A stretch of DNA of 64,000 nt from assembly GCA_963830915.1 (NCBI GenBank), contig CAWHOE010000005.1:1-64000 (forward strand). The letters run 5' to 3'. Made by a program: the position numbers and the translations under genes. Positions 62,966 to 64,000 of the stretch are shown here, piece after piece. How positions within the stretch are numbered: the stretch's first letter is position 1; the number at the start of each line of letters is the position of its first letter. The stretch comes from a candidate division FCPU426 bacterium. GTDB taxonomy: Bacteria; Oederibacteriota; Muellerivitia; Muellerivitales; Muellerivitaceae. The notes beneath the pieces are model-generated. The model saw only the letters and a program-made list of their open reading frames with translations, was not told where the DNA came from and ran no database searches.

Positions 62966-64000
62966 TCACTCGGTCGCGGTGGAAACTTTGCGCTCGTCGA
63001 CGACCTCATTGCCGTTGGGATCCCTCGCCACGAGCTGGATCCGATAATCCGATTCGGGTTTCAACCCATCGACCGCCATCTGATGGTCGTAGGTATAGTC
63101 GTCCGTCTCGTCCTTCGTCTTGGCCTCATTCCCATCCGCGTCCAGTATCCGGACCTTGGCCTTGGTGATCTTATCCGTCTCCCAAACGATCTGGACCTTG
63201 TCGAAACCAAGCACCCAGACGTCGAAGCGCATGATACGGGGCCGGGTCGTATCCCCCGGTTTCGCCCCCTTGATATCCGGCAAGGAGGTGTGAAAGGCGA
63301 TCTCCGCCTTGGTCTCCTGTTGTCCGTCATCCCGTTCGCCGGTCATGGCGTTGACCGAAAGGTCCTTGGTGAAATCATACTTGAGCCCCAATTGCCCTTG
63401 GATCCCCGCCTGATCGGTCACCAGGTTGTGATTGAGCCCCACATTGGTCTGGATGGACAGGTTCTGGTTCAAATATTTGCTCAGCTGCAATTGAAAGATG
63501 GGAGCGGCCGCGGCCAGGGTGTTCCCGGTGTTCTCCGGGACGATCTGGTTATAACCAGGACCCGTTGTCACGCCTGAGTTGTTCCCGCCCAGGAGATAGG
63601 AAGCGGCGTTGCTCTTGACGTCCAATTCCACCCCCCCGAAAGCCTGGAGGACCGGCCGCAAGCTGGTATTGACGTAATTCGACGCGACCCTATTCAGGGC
63701 GTCCTCCGCGGCCTGGGTGGCCACCCCGCCCAAGTCCTGGTATTTCTGTTCCAATACCGTCTTGGAATAACCGGTCATGTCCCGGCCGAACATGATGTAG
63801 GACAGAAGCATGTTCTGCTGGATCTCCTTGTCCGTCGTGCTGAAGCGGGGATTGGAATCCAGGGTGAAGCCGATATTGCCGAACGTCCCTTTGAAATCCA
63901 CCCAAATATCCATGTCGGTCGTCCGGATCCCGGCCGTCGTCACGATCTGAACGTCCTTCAATTTATCCGTGGCCCGTCCCCTCATGGTCGGCAAAGCTCC
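62966..64000 (-). CDS. tamB: TamB/DUF490 C-terminal part (runs off window) with FN3-like tail
   Basis: LDSNP...LLSYIMFGR DUF490-like segment; position upstream of bamA. Confidence 0.7.
   Translation of the reverse strand, partial: GALPTMRGRATDKLKDVQIVTTAGIRTTDMDIWVDFKGTFGNIGFTLDSNPRFSTTDKEIQQNMLLSYIMFGRDMTGYSKTVLEQKYQDLGGVATQAAEDALNRVASNYVNTSLRPVLQAFGGVELDVKSNAASYLLGGNNSGVTTGPGYNQIVPENTGNTLAAAAPIFQLQLSKYLNQNLSIQTNVGLNHNLVTDQAGIQGQLGLKYDFTKDLSVNAMTGERDDGQQETKAEIAFHTSLPDIKGAKPGDTTRPRIMRFDVWVLGFDKVQIVWETDKITKAKVRILDADGNEAKTKDETDDYTYDHQMAVDGLKPESDYRIQLVARDPNGNEVVDERKVSTATE

Overview
The window looks like three unrelated DNA segments joined together. (1) 1-~590 is an integron cassette-array fragment with two near-identical 99-bp attC sites. 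(2) ~590-14885 is very GC-rich, indel-riddled actinobacterial DNA (Acidimicrobiia-like, by inference). It holds a gpgS fragment, a SAM-I riboswitch upstream of thrC-like and moaD-like genes, P450/TetR, EthD, patatin, an acyl-CoA synthetase and an SDR. (3) 14886-64000 is cleaner, moderate-GC DNA from a diderm bacterium. Its core end carries purB-S-Q-L-F, surE, bamA and tamB. Its ~34-kb accessory region is dense in toxin-antitoxin modules. The most notable features are in segment 3. First, five co-oriented gene units at 44.6-49.4 kb are each followed by a palindromic TTGTCCAC...RTGGACAA site that is not a canonical attC. Second, a radical SAM/SPASM operon leads into five secreted TPR paralogs with a constant N-terminus and variable C-termini. 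Third, there is a ParB-membrane-putative VirB8/TraE-like fusion. Fourth, two TA modules are flanked by duplications of the upstream gene's 3' end. Fifth, a ~77-bp double-hairpin element is nested within REP-like repeats. No integrase, transposase, CRISPR array, rRNA or tRNA was recognised. All protein calls are from motifs read by eye; no searches were run.
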